Virus record (IMG/VR): IMGVR_UViG_3300022562_000520 | Location: 1-64,000 of that record | DNA length: 64,000 bases | Source of the DNA: a virus | Strand: one strand, 5' to 3' | Shown: positions 5,843 to 16,200 of the stretch, piece after piece | How positions within the stretch are numbered: position 1 is the stretch's first letter | How the letters are laid out: every line of letters begins with the position of its first letter | Made by a program: the position numbers and the translations under genes | The notes under the pieces: model-generated | Databases searched by the model: none | What the model was told of the DNA's origin: nothing | What the model saw: only the letters and a program-made list of their open reading frames with translations

Positions 5843-6988
5843 TTAGTTATATTCAGTTCCGTTTTTACGTAATAGGTATTTTTCGCTTACACTTTTCAGA
5901 ATAACACGACCGATTTCATCATGCTTTCTTTCTGGGAATGGACGAATTACCACACCTTCGCGCATGTGTGCTTCTGTACCAGATGCGGTTTCTTTTCCAT
6001 CTGTGTATTTTTCTACAATTTCACGACTGTAAGGCCCAGCATATAGCATTGGTACTGCTTCCAATCCAAGTTGTTCACACATATAATGAACTTCGGGTTG
6101 TGTATAATATAATCCATTAGATGGATCGCCTAAGAAAATATCGAAGACGCGAAACTGAAGCGGTTGACCACCGTAAGTTAGGTCTTGTACACCCTCTCCA
6201 AAAATCTCTCCAAGGATGTAAACAGGTTCTTCAAAAAGTCCAATAAGGGTTCTAAGACGATCTAAAACTGACCAACCATCAGTATTTTTAGTAGCATCGT
6301 AGGCACGAATGTATAAATTTTTCGCATTAGCTTCATTAAACTTAAATGCTAAACCTTGACCACTTAAACCTTTGGAAGTAATAATAGGAATATCCGAATC
6401 AGGATGAAATCCCATACAACACCAAGTACCGTGGATTTTTTCTGTTAATGTGACATCTTCACCATCAATTAAAATATCTGGATACTTCTTCAAGTTTTCA
6501 ATATCATATTTTAGTGTCATACCAAAAGCATTAAAAACTTCACCTGCCATTTGTGTTGGAATTGGTGGTTCATACTTAGTAATACGCAGCCATTCAGTAA
6601 CATCATCGCCAATTTCTACGGAACGACCAAAGCCGCCTTCACTGTGCGTTACACAGTGAATATTAGAAATATCACCAGTGTCCATATCAATGCAGTCTTC
6701 GCGAGTTTCTACAGGATAAATTAAGCCCTGTGATAAGATGCCGCGAAGCTTAACAGCTTTTACACGGTTTTTATCCTTACCTGCAAGTTTACCTTCTAAA
6801 CCAAGACGTTCAATCATCCAATCGGGAAGAATAGCAGCCTCTGGAATATAAACACCAAGATCGCCGGTTTTAAATTGTCCTTTACGAACAATAGAACGAT
6901 AATCACCGACCTTTGCTAATTCAATTACGTCAGCATTGGGATGTTCTTCAATTTCCAATCTGTAAACTTTACATTCAAACTTACTCAT
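5843..6988 (-). CDS. ATP-dependent RNA ligase, DRB0094/Rnl5-like with N-terminal OB domain
   Basis: HPNADxIE N-terminus, motif I TEKIHG, GEIFG, FRVFDI, REGVVIR, LKSVSEKYL. Confidence 0.92.
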   Translation of the reverse strand: MSKFECKVYRLEIEEHPNADVIELAKVGDYRSIVRKGQFKTGDLGVYIPEAAILPDWMIERLGLEGKLAGKDKNRVKAVKLRGILSQGLIYPVETREDCIDMDTGDISNIHCVTHSEGGFGRSVEIGDDVTEWLRITKYEPPIPTQMAGEVFNAFGMTLKYDIENLKKYPDILIDGEDVTLTEKIHGTWCCMGFHPDSDIPIITSKGLSGQGLAFKFNEANAKNLYIRAYDATKNTDGWSVLDRLRTLIGLFEEPVYILGEIFGEGVQDLTYGGQPLQFRVFDIFLGDPSNGLYYTQPEVHYMCEQLGLEAVPMLYAGPYSREIVEKYTDGKETASGTEAHMREGVVIRPFPERKHDEIGRVILKSVSEKYLLRKNGTEYN

Positions 6989-6990
6989 TT

Positions 6991-7254
6991 CTAAATACTC
7001 TGAACTACATCTATACCTTCAGGGATTTCACTTTCATAAAGCACTACTACTTCCCACCAAACAGTTCTACCATATTCACCAAATTCCCATGGCATTGTTT
7101 CTTTAAAATGTGCAGTTAATTCCCTTTCAGATGGTCTGTTTAACCAATATCCTTCAACGCCCGAATCTGTTGATTCTGATTCCCATGTAGCAACATAGAT
7201 TGGATGTTTGTTTGGTTTAGTTGCCTTTTTCTTCTTTTTTAATTTTTTTGCCAT
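6991..7254 (-). CDS. hypothetical protein
   Basis: 87-aa ORF, Lys-rich N-terminus, TAG stop. Confidence 0.65.
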   Translation of the reverse strand: MAKKLKKKKKATKPNKHPIYVATWESESTDSGVEGYWLNRPSERELTAHFKETMPWEFGEYGRTVWWEVVVLYESEIPEGIDVVQSI

Positions 7255-7269
7255 TGTTTAGCCTTTTTG

Positions 7270-7602
7270 TTAACACTTCTCTTCACCGTAAAATTTTGCA
7301 GCGCCTGTTTGTTCCAATAATTGTTTAAATTCTTCATCGCGATCTTCTTTATTTTCAAAATGCCAAATACAATCAGCATCTTTTAAAAAACAGAACCGAA
7401 TAACGTAAAGTTCACCTACATCATCGCCGAGGTTATTGATTTTTTCAATTGCGGCGAAAAAAGTTTTTACTAATCCCATGTTTATTGGATCGTTGCGATA
7501 GTTAATAACAGGCATAGTTTTAATCCGGCGCTGTGAGCCGTCTTCTACTATTTCCTGTCCACCTGTTTTGAAGCTTGTTATTTTCTTTGGATATACATAC
7601 AT
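7270..7602 (-). CDS. hypothetical protein
   Basis: 110-aa ORF in a co-oriented run. Confidence 0.6.
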   Translation of the reverse strand: MYVYPKKITSFKTGGQEIVEDGSQRRIKTMPVINYRNDPINMGLVKTFFAAIEKINNLGDDVGELYVIRFCFLKDADCIWHFENKEDRDEEFKQLLEQTGAAKFYGEEKC

Positions 7603-7633
7603 CCTTATAGTATATCGATTTCTAGGTTTAATG

Positions 7634-7837
7634 TCAACGCGTTTTCTTTGGGGCTTTGTAGTTATCTGGAACTACATGAATTGAACGAACAATCACTGCC
7701 GGATTTAATCTTGGATCTGTGCCTGTTTTTTTCAATACCATAATATCCACTTCATCCATGGAAATATAATTAGGCTGTACAGTTTCAAAAATGGTCTTAT
7801 CTGTCTTAATATTTCTGTAAACATAATGTTTAGCCAT
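7634..7837 (-). CDS. hypothetical protein
   Basis: GGAGG SD before ATG 7837 (track starts at 7852). Confidence 0.65.
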   Translation of the reverse strand: MAKHYVYRNIKTDKTIFETVQPNYISMDEVDIMVLKKTGTDPRLNPAVIVRSIHVVPDNYKAPKKTR

Positions 7838-7933
7838 ATTATTATCCTCCATATGGTTGATTTTGATTGTAATAAATAGTATGATATCAGGTTATATATG
7901 CTTATTAGCGTATAATAAAAATAAGGTAATCAT

Positions 7934-8599
7934 ATGTTTACACATATAGAAATTCCAGAATTGCCCAAGATTATACAAAAAAATCAACCAAGTGGCAAGA
8001 GATTCTACATTACGCCAGATGGAAATGAATATCCATCAGTAACTACTGTTTTAGGTGCGAAAGATAAACCACACCTTGAAAATTGGCGAAAAATGCTGGG
8101 AGATAAGAACGCAGATCGCGAAACTAAACGATGCGCTGATCGTGGTACTGCTGTGCATGAACTGGCAGAAAAATACCTTAAAAATGAAGAAATTATTACA
8201 AAGGGTATTAAACCCGAATATATTAGTGATTTTAATAAATTAAAGATATATCTTAATAAAATTAATAATATACGTGCGCAGGAAGTTGGTCTATATTGTG
8301 ACCTTTTAAAAGTGGCCGGAACTGTAGATTGTGTTGCGGAATATGATGGGGTTCTTTCTATTGTCGATTTTAAAACTTCCACAAACAATAAAACGCATGA
8401 TATGGTGCACGATTATTTTAAACAATGTACGGCATATGCTATTGCATGGCATGAACGCACTGGTGAAACTATTGAAGATATTACTATTTTAATGACAGTA
8501 GAACGTGGATTAATGCCTTTAATATTTCGCGAAAAGGTCGAAAACTGGATTGCACCACTACTTCAAGATATCGCTTTGTTCAATTCTTTGAATAAATAA
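7934..8599 (+). CDS. PD-(D/E)XK exonuclease of T4-like phages (Cas4/RecB-like fold)
   Basis: YPSVTTVL, RGTAVH, AGTVDCV, IVDFKTS, YFKQCTAYA motifs; AATAAATA at 7871. Confidence 0.88.
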   Translation: MFTHIEIPELPKIIQKNQPSGKRFYITPDGNEYPSVTTVLGAKDKPHLENWRKMLGDKNADRETKRCADRGTAVHELAEKYLKNEEIITKGIKPEYISDFNKLKIYLNKINNIRAQEVGLYCDLLKVAGTVDCVAEYDGVLSIVDFKTSTNNKTHDMVHDYFKQCTAYAIAWHERTGETIEDITILMTVERGLMPLIFREKVENWIAPLLQDIALFNSLNK

Positions 8600-8621
8600 C
8601 ATATTACACTGGGGAAATTAC

Positions 8622-9518
8622 ATGGAATTTGAAAATTTAGAAGATTTAAAAGCAGCATTTATGGGCGGTAATTTTAATTTCCCTGAAGAAATTGTCGTAG
8701 CGGGTGTAAGATTTCTAAAATTTCGTTCGTCAGAATATTCACTAGAAGACATGATGAAAAATAACTACAAGGCTATGTGGTTATATTTTACACCCAAACC
8801 AGAAATTGAAAGAGCGCGAGAAGCTGGATTGGGCGGTGCATTGGTTTTTCTTTGGGGGTTTGCACCCGGTAAACCAGTAATGTACCCATATGATCTTCGT
8901 AATACTACTAAGGCAAGAATAATTGGTAAAGTTGTTACAGAAGATGTAAATGGTGATAGTGTTAATATTAAGAAAGAAAAGATCATAGGTGATGTTGTTG
9001 ACGTTATAGTTACTAGTATCCCTAACAGTTCGGCAATGAAAGGTAAAGTAGATACTGGTGCTGACGTTTCATCTATACATGCGGAAAACTGGAGCATAAA
9101 CAACGGTCAAGTAACATTCACATGTCCTGAACTTTCTGAAAACAAAATTACACTCCCAGTGCTAGAAAAACAAGCGATTAAATCGTCAAATGGTGATATG
9201 GAATATCGCCCCGTTATACAACTAAACATTCGTATAAATCAACAACAATTAATTAACATGATGTTTAATTTAAATGATCGTGGAAAAATGAAATATCCTA
9301 TACTGGTTGGTCAAAATATTCTTGAAGCTGGTGGATTCATGATAGATCCAACTATAAATGATCCGGATGCGTTAGATGAAGATTTTACCCAAGATACTAA
9401 AGTAGATTGGGAAGGATTACAGGAAGAATTCAAAGACGATATCATCTCTAATTTTATCATAGAAGATGATATTGAAAAAGCAAAAATAGTATTAGATTTT
9501 ATAAAAAGCATCAAATAA
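8622..9518 (+). CDS. retropepsin-like protease (RimK-associated putative ATP-dependent zinc protease family) with extra N-terminal region
   Basis: KVDTGADVSSIHA, EYRPVI, NLNDRGKMKYPILVG motifs; AATAAATA at 8591. Confidence 0.82.
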   Translation: MEFENLEDLKAAFMGGNFNFPEEIVVAGVRFLKFRSSEYSLEDMMKNNYKAMWLYFTPKPEIERAREAGLGGALVFLWGFAPGKPVMYPYDLRNTTKARIIGKVVTEDVNGDSVNIKKEKIIGDVVDVIVTSIPNSSAMKGKVDTGADVSSIHAENWSINNGQVTFTCPELSENKITLPVLEKQAIKSSNGDMEYRPVIQLNIRINQQQLINMMFNLNDRGKMKYPILVGQNILEAGGFMIDPTINDPDALDEDFTQDTKVDWEGLQEEFKDDIISNFIIEDDIEKAKIVLDFIKSIK

Positions 9519-9536
9519 AAATAATAAGGAATAGTC

Positions 9537-10160
9537 ATGGCAACACCAAAATCGCCGTTTTATGTGGTACAAAATTTTCTTACACCTAAACAATGTGAAA
9601 TAATTGTAGACAATTTAGGATACTATTCGCCTGACATGGATAAGGATGGCACTCCTATTAAAATGATGCGCCACCATGAAGACTCCGAAAAACTAATCTA
9701 TGATAAATTTGAACCATTAATACCATTGTTTGAAAAGTATTACAATTTTCAACATCGTGGTACAGAAATGGTTACATTTGAATTTCATGCGGAAGGTGTG
9801 AAACCTGAAGCAATTTGTGACAATTCTAAGTGGGTAAATAAAAAATGGGTTAGAACCAAAGATAGAGATTTTAGCGCTATATTATTTTTAAGTGACTATC
9901 AAGATGACTTACCATTTGATTCTGATTATGAAGTTTATGGTGGTAAGTTAGAATTTCTACAACATAAATTTGGATTTAATCCAGAACGTGGAACGCTTAT
10001 AGTATATCCAAGCAGTCCGCATTTTATTAATGCATTTTCGCAAATCGCCGCAGGTGATTTGTTTATAGCAAGATTTTATATGGCTGGACAAACGCCATAT
10101 TTATATCAACCAGCTGAGTTTCCAGGTAATTATCTTAGTTGGTTCAATCACTTACAATAA
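9537..10160 (+). CDS. 2OG-Fe(II) oxygenase-fold protein (prolyl hydroxylase-like), catalytic residues apparently degenerate
   Basis: NFLTPKQC, RDFSAILFLSD, YGGKLEF, PERGTLIVYPS; the expected HxD reads ICD and the distal His position reads N. Confidence 0.75.
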   Translation: MATPKSPFYVVQNFLTPKQCEIIVDNLGYYSPDMDKDGTPIKMMRHHEDSEKLIYDKFEPLIPLFEKYYNFQHRGTEMVTFEFHAEGVKPEAICDNSKWVNKKWVRTKDRDFSAILFLSDYQDDLPFDSDYEVYGGKLEFLQHKFGFNPERGTLIVYPSSPHFINAFSQIAAGDLFIARFYMAGQTPYLYQPAEFPGNYLSWFNHLQ

Positions 10161-10169
10161 CAATAAAAC

Positions 10170-10198
10170 TTGACACCCATAAATATTTGGGTTAAAAT
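10170..10198 (+). promoter_or_regulatory. sigma70-type promoter
   Basis: TTGACA-17nt-TAAAAT; the spacer contains CATAAATA. Confidence 0.7.
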
Positions 10199-10230
10199 TA
10201 GCATATTCTATTAATATTAGAGGTAATGTT

Positions 10231-11304
10231 ATGAAATCTTATACTACTAAAGTAAGGGGATATTTTACGATGGAAAATGTAAGAAAATTGATGACTGCCA
10301 TTCATGTAAGATGGGTTAATTTCAATAACCACATTGCGGCTGGTTCTGCGAATTCGACGATAACAGTAGCATGTATCGTACTTTCTTTTACAGTGCTTGG
10401 TATTAATATAAGCGGATATCGCGATTCGGTATTAGAAAAAGAAATTGCGTTAAAAAATATAGAACTTGCTTTGGCGAAACAGAGCAGCGATGAACGTATT
10501 AAAATTGCAAAAGCTACTGCCAAAACCAAAGTAGAATTGGAAAAAGTTCGCGCCGATGCACTAAGTGAAGCAGCCGAATATAATCTTAAGGCAGAAAAGG
10601 AACGTAGGCTCGCAGAAGAAGCACGGGCGACCGTTAATCCTTATGTAGCATTGGCAGAACATGGTAAATCTACACCGACACCTGTGAATGTTTATATTAA
10701 TACGCAGGAAGAAGATGGTTATGTTATTCATACTTCTGATGGTGCAACAGAGATTGCCATTAGTACCATTAAGGTTAAAGGTAAAAGATATTCACCTGAA
10801 CAGCGTAAGTTGATGGAAATGGCATATTATATCGGTAAGGATGTTGGATTCCCAGAAACTATTCAAGCATTGTTGTTACAAGAAACACATGCTGGTGCTT
10901 TTGGTGATAGAATTGGTGATATTAATTTACCCGTAGGTAAACGCAGTTATGGTGTTATGCAAATGAAAGTATCTACTGCAAAGAAAGTATTAACTGCATA
11001 TCCAGAACTTGTTACAAAGTATTTTCCTACTCGTAAAACGCTTTCACGTGTTCGCGAAGAAGAACTTATTATCAAATTAATTCAAGATGATGAATTTAGT
11101 ATCCATTTGGCAGCTTTGAATTTTGCTATTCATCGCAAATCGTCCAAAAGTTGGTCGCAGGCGGTTGTTGCTTATAATACAGGACAAGGTGCGGCAAACG
11201 ATATTGAAAATCCAAAGGAACACGAATATTTCATTCATATCATTAATAGGTTAATAAAAGAAGTTAGACCTTTTAATAAAGCAGCAGAACTTTCTTCATC
11301 ATAA
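10231..11304 (+). CDS. membrane-anchored lytic transglycosylase (SLT/lysozyme-like C-terminal domain)
   Basis: TM helix, coiled coil, then LLQET (catalytic Glu), SYGVMQM, AVVAYNTG. Confidence 0.85.
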   Translation: MKSYTTKVRGYFTMENVRKLMTAIHVRWVNFNNHIAAGSANSTITVACIVLSFTVLGINISGYRDSVLEKEIALKNIELALAKQSSDERIKIAKATAKTKVELEKVRADALSEAAEYNLKAEKERRLAEEARATVNPYVALAEHGKSTPTPVNVYINTQEEDGYVIHTSDGATEIAISTIKVKGKRYSPEQRKLMEMAYYIGKDVGFPETIQALLLQETHAGAFGDRIGDINLPVGKRSYGVMQMKVSTAKKVLTAYPELVTKYFPTRKTLSRVREEELIIKLIQDDEFSIHLAALNFAIHRKSSKSWSQAVVAYNTGQGAANDIENPKEHEYFIHIINRLIKEVRPFNKAAELSSS

Positions 11305-11311
11305 TAACCTA

Positions 11312-11340
11312 TTGCATTTTATTTTCCGTTATGTTATAGT
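11312..11340 (+). promoter_or_regulatory. sigma70-type promoter
   Basis: TTGCAT-17nt-TATAGT with extended TG. Confidence 0.55.
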
Positions 11341-11375
11341 ATCACAAAATATTATAACAATAACGGAGAATAATA

Positions 11376-11648
11376 ATGACAATAGCTATTAACCCCGATG
11401 AACGCAAAGCCCTCAAAACTATGATCGTTGAAATGACACATTGCTTACAGCGCATTGATGACGAAAAAGAACAAATGAAGGATATTGCGGCTGCGGCTGA
11501 AGAAAAATTTGAAATTAAAAAGAAATATATTAACAAAATGGCAAGAACTATGTATAAACATAATTATGCTGACTTGCAACAGGAAACTGAACATTTTGAA
11601 TATCTCTATGAAGCTGTCGTTGAAGGGCAGGAAATTTCTGAAGATTAA
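11376..11648 (+). CDS. small dsDNA-binding protein, T4 DsbA/GapR-like
   Basis: 90-aa helical protein, RIDDEKEQMKDI...KKYINKMARTMYK pattern. Confidence 0.7.
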   Translation: MTIAINPDERKALKTMIVEMTHCLQRIDDEKEQMKDIAAAAEEKFEIKKKYINKMARTMYKHNYADLQQETEHFEYLYEAVVEGQEISED

Positions 11649-11679
11649 AAGAAAAGGGGCTTTAAGCCCCTTTTCTTTT
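11647..11679. terminator. bidirectional intrinsic terminator
   Basis: AAAAGAAAAGGGGC-TTTAA-GCCCCTTTTCTTTT between convergent genes. Confidence 0.9.
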
Positions 11680-11688
11680 TAGTAGTTA

Positions 11689-13194
11689 TTAAACTACCGG
11701 CTTACCTGTTGTCATATCGATCCAGAAAGATGGACTTCCACCACGACCAAAACACATTGAACCTGTTGGTGCTGGTGAACCAAAGCCTGTTGCATCTATA
11801 ACATAGATAAAACCGCCTGCAACCACCACTGGTAATGTTCCAACTGTGTATGTTGGTGCTACTGGAACGCCAGTGAATACAGGACTATCTTCAGGTGCTT
11901 GCGCAACCCAAGATGATCCATTATATGCTTTTACACGACTTACAGTAGTATCGTAAACTGTACCACCTGTTACACCAACAGGTAAATTAACAGGCGAGCC
12001 TGCATAATTTGGTTGTACGAACTGTGCTTTCGCACCAGATAATGTTAATACACCATTGTCTGACATTAACATGTAGAATGTTTCTATTGGTGAACCGTGC
12101 GCGGCTTGGCCAATCATAACACTGCTTGCTGTTGTGTTTGTAAGATTATAACCAATAGTAGTTGCATAATCCAAGTTTGTCTGCGTTGAATATCCTAATG
12201 CTATCGAATTAGTTCCACGACAATCAGCGTTTGCACCTATTGCTATTCCACCAACGCGCTCTCCTTGTGTTCCACCTACAATCGCATTAGCACCAAGCGC
12301 AAGAGAATCTTGCGATTTGGCTGTTGCATATGCACCAAAGGCAGTTGCACGTTGTTTATCTGTTGCAGTTAATGGCGAACCTACTGGCGATCCAGTGAAT
12401 CCAGAAGCGATTGCTTGGTAACCAACAGCGGTACAATCGGTTGCATATGCATTTGTATATGCACCAATTGCTATAGTACCTGTTAATGAACTTCCAGCAT
12501 CTTTGGTATAACCTGCTTGTGCAGCTTCACCGATTGCAATATTTTCGTAACCGCGTGTTATTGCTTGGTAACCAATGGCAATAGAAGCCCAACCACCAAA
12601 AGCTTCAACCGAATCGGCAACGGCTTCTTGACCAATAGCGATGCTATAATCACCGCGTGCGTGTGCCACTTCACCGATAGAAATAGTGCCATTTATTGTT
12701 GGCGAACCAAGACCTGCGGCGTTACCTATCGAAATAGAACCAACACCCGGTGCTACTGGCGCGGTAGCAAAATCTGCGCCATTGTTCGCATATATCCAAT
12801 GACCTTCTTGTTTTAATGCTAATTCGCCTGCAACTTTAGATGCAGACCAAACTTCTGTAGTACTTACAGGACTTCCTGTATCATCTATTATAAAATGAAG
12901 TGTGCTATTAGCGATGTGTGTATCAATTTGTTCATGTGTATTCGCCGGAGCGGGACTACCCAAGTGTGCATCGTAATCAGTTTTAAGTACTGAAACATCC
13001 ACGCCGTCTACATTGCCAACATTTGTTATAGCATTTCCACCCATATCCAAATCGGCTAACATGGCCGTTGGACTACCGCCATTACGATTAAGATATTGCG
13101 TATTTAATGATGCTTTTGCTGTTGCATCATTAACGATTTCATTCGCAACGTCTGGTATATTAAGCTGCTTGCCTAGTACTTTTTCTTGAGCCAT
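11689..13194 (-). CDS. fibre/adhesin-like virion protein with YadA-type head repeats
   Basis: Repeated SIAIG/TAVG/ALG beta-roll motifs; 10 GSP motifs. Confidence 0.8.
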   Translation of the reverse strand: MAQEKVLGKQLNIPDVANEIVNDATAKASLNTQYLNRNGGSPTAMLADLDMGGNAITNVGNVDGVDVSVLKTDYDAHLGSPAPANTHEQIDTHIANSTLHFIIDDTGSPVSTTEVWSASKVAGELALKQEGHWIYANNGADFATAPVAPGVGSISIGNAAGLGSPTINGTISIGEVAHARGDYSIAIGQEAVADSVEAFGGWASIAIGYQAITRGYENIAIGEAAQAGYTKDAGSSLTGTIAIGAYTNAYATDCTAVGYQAIASGFTGSPVGSPLTATDKQRATAFGAYATAKSQDSLALGANAIVGGTQGERVGGIAIGANADCRGTNSIALGYSTQTNLDYATTIGYNLTNTTASSVMIGQAAHGSPIETFYMLMSDNGVLTLSGAKAQFVQPNYAGSPVNLPVGVTGGTVYDTTVSRVKAYNGSSWVAQAPEDSPVFTGVPVAPTYTVGTLPVVVAGGFIYVIDATGFGSPAPTGSMCFGRGGSPSFWIDMTTGKPVV

Positions 13195-13205
13195 TGTTTA
13201 CTCCC

Positions 13206-16200
13206 TTATTCTATATAACCAAAGCCGTAAATTTCTACATCTGCAAGGGCAGTCGGTTCACTACCAGCATTAAATGTAATTGTAATAGTGCCAGTACCAT
13301 AACCCGAAACCTGATATGCTTTACTTGCACCTTCGATTTGTTTAATACCATTAACAAATATTTGTATTGCTGCATGGCCTACTGATGGTGTTGGTATATT
13401 CCATGAAAGGATATAAGCACCTGGACTTCCAGCTGGTGCAGAAACAAGCGTGTAAAGTGGTTGCGCGACAGATGTACCAACTTTTGCGAGTGGTAATTCA
13501 GTTCCATCTACACCAGCTTTAAACGTTTCTAATGTATTATCCCAAACAAGAACAGCATTTGCTGCAAGTGGTGAACCGCCACCACGAACAATAGTAATAC
13601 CAGAACCCGTACTACCGGATGTTGCACCTGTATAGTTTCTGTTAAGCGTGATATTATTATCGTCTATATTTAAGTTAGTAGCATCGATTGTTGTAGTTGT
13701 ACCGTTAACTATAAGGTCACCATTAACCGTTACTGTTGAACTAAAAACAGTGGAATCACTAAAAGTTTTAACACCATTGATGGATTCTGCGATACTTCCC
13801 TGTGTACGTACAAAATCAGTTATAACTGAAGGGGCTTGGTTTGCCCATACACCAGCAACGCGTTTTAAGAAATCACCATTAGCTATACCAGCATATGCGA
13901 CATCCTGCATCTCATCTAAGTTGTTTACATTAAGTTCAGCCGTAACTGCGGTAGAAAAATCAGTAATATTTGCGGCAACGTGCGTATGAACTGCTGCTGC
14001 GAATGATGCTGCATTTGAACCACTATCTGTTAAGTTGCCTGAACCGTCAAGACCTGCAAAATTGCCTGCAACTGCACCTGAAACTTTATCGGCCTTCGTT
14101 GTATCAATCTTATTAGCTGTCCATAAATCGGCAACTGTAGTACCAGCATCGTTTACTGCAACACCTGCGTCTTCCATATCACCGTTGGCAGCAATTCTAA
14201 GAATATTACCAACTACATTCGGACTACCACCAACAAAGTTAGCTTTAAGGTTTAACTGTGCTTGTATATTTGATGTTACACCATTTAAATGGTTAACTTC
14301 TGTTGCCATTACAGCAGGGCTACCAAGTACTATAGCATCTAAAAATGCATTTTGGTCTGCTGTCATGTGGAATACTGTTGGGCTTCCAGTGTCTACTGCG
14401 TGTGCATGTAATGCCGCTTGTATAGCGGAGGTTTGTGCATCAACATATTCTTTTGAAGAAGCACCAGTAGCAGAAGGTACGGTTGGTAAACCAAGAACTT
14501 CACCGCCGCCTGAGAACGTAAGGTTAGCAGCGCTGTCCATTGCATCACCTGCACGGCCAATTTTGCTATCTATTTGTACTTGTACGTTTGACGTTACACC
14601 ATTAAGAAAATTGATTTCGGCTGCCATAGTAGCAGGGCTGCCAACTACAATCGCATCTAAAAATGCATTTTGGTCTGCTGTCATGTGGAATACTGTTGGG
14701 CTTCCAGTGTCTACTGCGTGTGCATGTAATGCTGCCTGAACTGCGTCAACATATTCTTTTGATGCGGCAGCAGTAGCGGAAGGTATAGCTGGTAAACCAA
14801 GAACTTCACCGCCACCTGAGAATGTAAGGTTAGCAGCGCTATCCATCGCATCGCCAGCGCGACCGATTTTGCTATCTATTTGTGGTTGAATTAACGATGT
14901 AACACCGTTAAGGTAGCCAACTTCAGTAGCTAATGTTGGAGGGCTTCCAACCATTATCGCATCTAAGAAAGCATTCTGTGCTGCTGACATGTGGAATAAT
15001 GATGGTGGGCTTCCAGTTTCTGCCATATGTTGTGCTAAGTCAAGTTGAACGGAAAGTGAAGAAACTATTGGTGTTGCACTACCTTCAACGCCAAGTTCCC
15101 ATTGTTTTGCACTTTCATCCCATTGAATAATAGCATCTGGTAAATTAGATGCAGGACTTCCGCCAACACCACGTGAAATTCGAATACCTGCCGTACCTGT
15201 ACCATTAGCAGCAAGATTAGCAGTATCACCATAGTTAATATCTACGAAAGTGTCTTTAACGTATAATTCGTTTGTTTCTATGCTTGTATTGGTACCTAAA
15301 ACTTGAAGATTTTGTTCAATTATAATACCATTTTTAAAAGTTTTAATACCATAAACATCTTGGTCAACACCCGTATTTGGGGAGCCGACATCGGCTTTTG
15401 CAACAACATGATCGGCATCTACAAAATCAGAAATGTCTGATTTGACAAGTGCACGGTTTACGAATTTTACACCATTATGAACTAATACGTGTTTATTTGC
15501 TGGTGCTAATGAAGTAGTATCAACATCATTAAGATCGTCTGTAACAAGAAATCTATTTACATAATTCGTGCCATTGTGAACTAACACATGTTTGTTGCCA
15601 GCACCACTGCTAGTTACATCAAGGATATCGTTAATATTTAAACTGATATCGCCCAAAACTGGTGCCAGTGTATTAACCGTTTCAACGTATCCTGCAACTG
15701 GAAAATCTGTAATTTCAGAAACTGTGTGGTTGTGCGAAATAGGTGCAAATAACGCGTTTGCTTCCGTTTCTGTATAATAACGCGAATCCAATACACCTGT
15801 ACTTGAAAGTTCATTTTCAGTATAATATCTGAAGTCTAGTGCACCACCATCTAATTGTGCTTTAGAATAAAAACTACCAGTGGAAACGCCAATTGGATTC
15901 CACGTTGCGCCGTCGTTAGTAAATTCCCAATGTGGTCCACTATCAGGACTTCCGACACTTTCTTCTACGAATCTTATTGATACTGTTCCACCCGGACGCG
16001 AGACTGCTATTCCAGCGCCAGTAATGGCTGGTAATGAGCCGCCATCTGTATTAAGTGTAAAATATTCATCTGCTGTACCAAAAGTTTCAGCTTTCGTTGC
16101 TAAACCATCATTAAGTTGGTCTACTGTTGCAAAAGCATCTAACTGTGATTGACTAACACTATCTGGTTGGATTTGCCACATAGGACGAAGATCGTAGATC

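Noticed and set aside
7934-8599. Cas4 of a CRISPR-Cas system
   Set aside because: No repeat-spacer array or other cas genes are visible, and the four-Cys Fe-S pattern is not evident; it matches the stand-alone exonuclease of T4-like phages.
9537-10160. Active prolyl hydroxylase modifying the GSP prolines
   Set aside because: Attractive, but the iron-binding His residues appear to be replaced, so catalysis cannot be supported from sequence.
14335-14732. Diversity-generating retroelement template/variable repeat pair
   Set aside because: The copies are in-frame tandem units without adenine-specific mismatches, and no reverse transcriptase is in the window.
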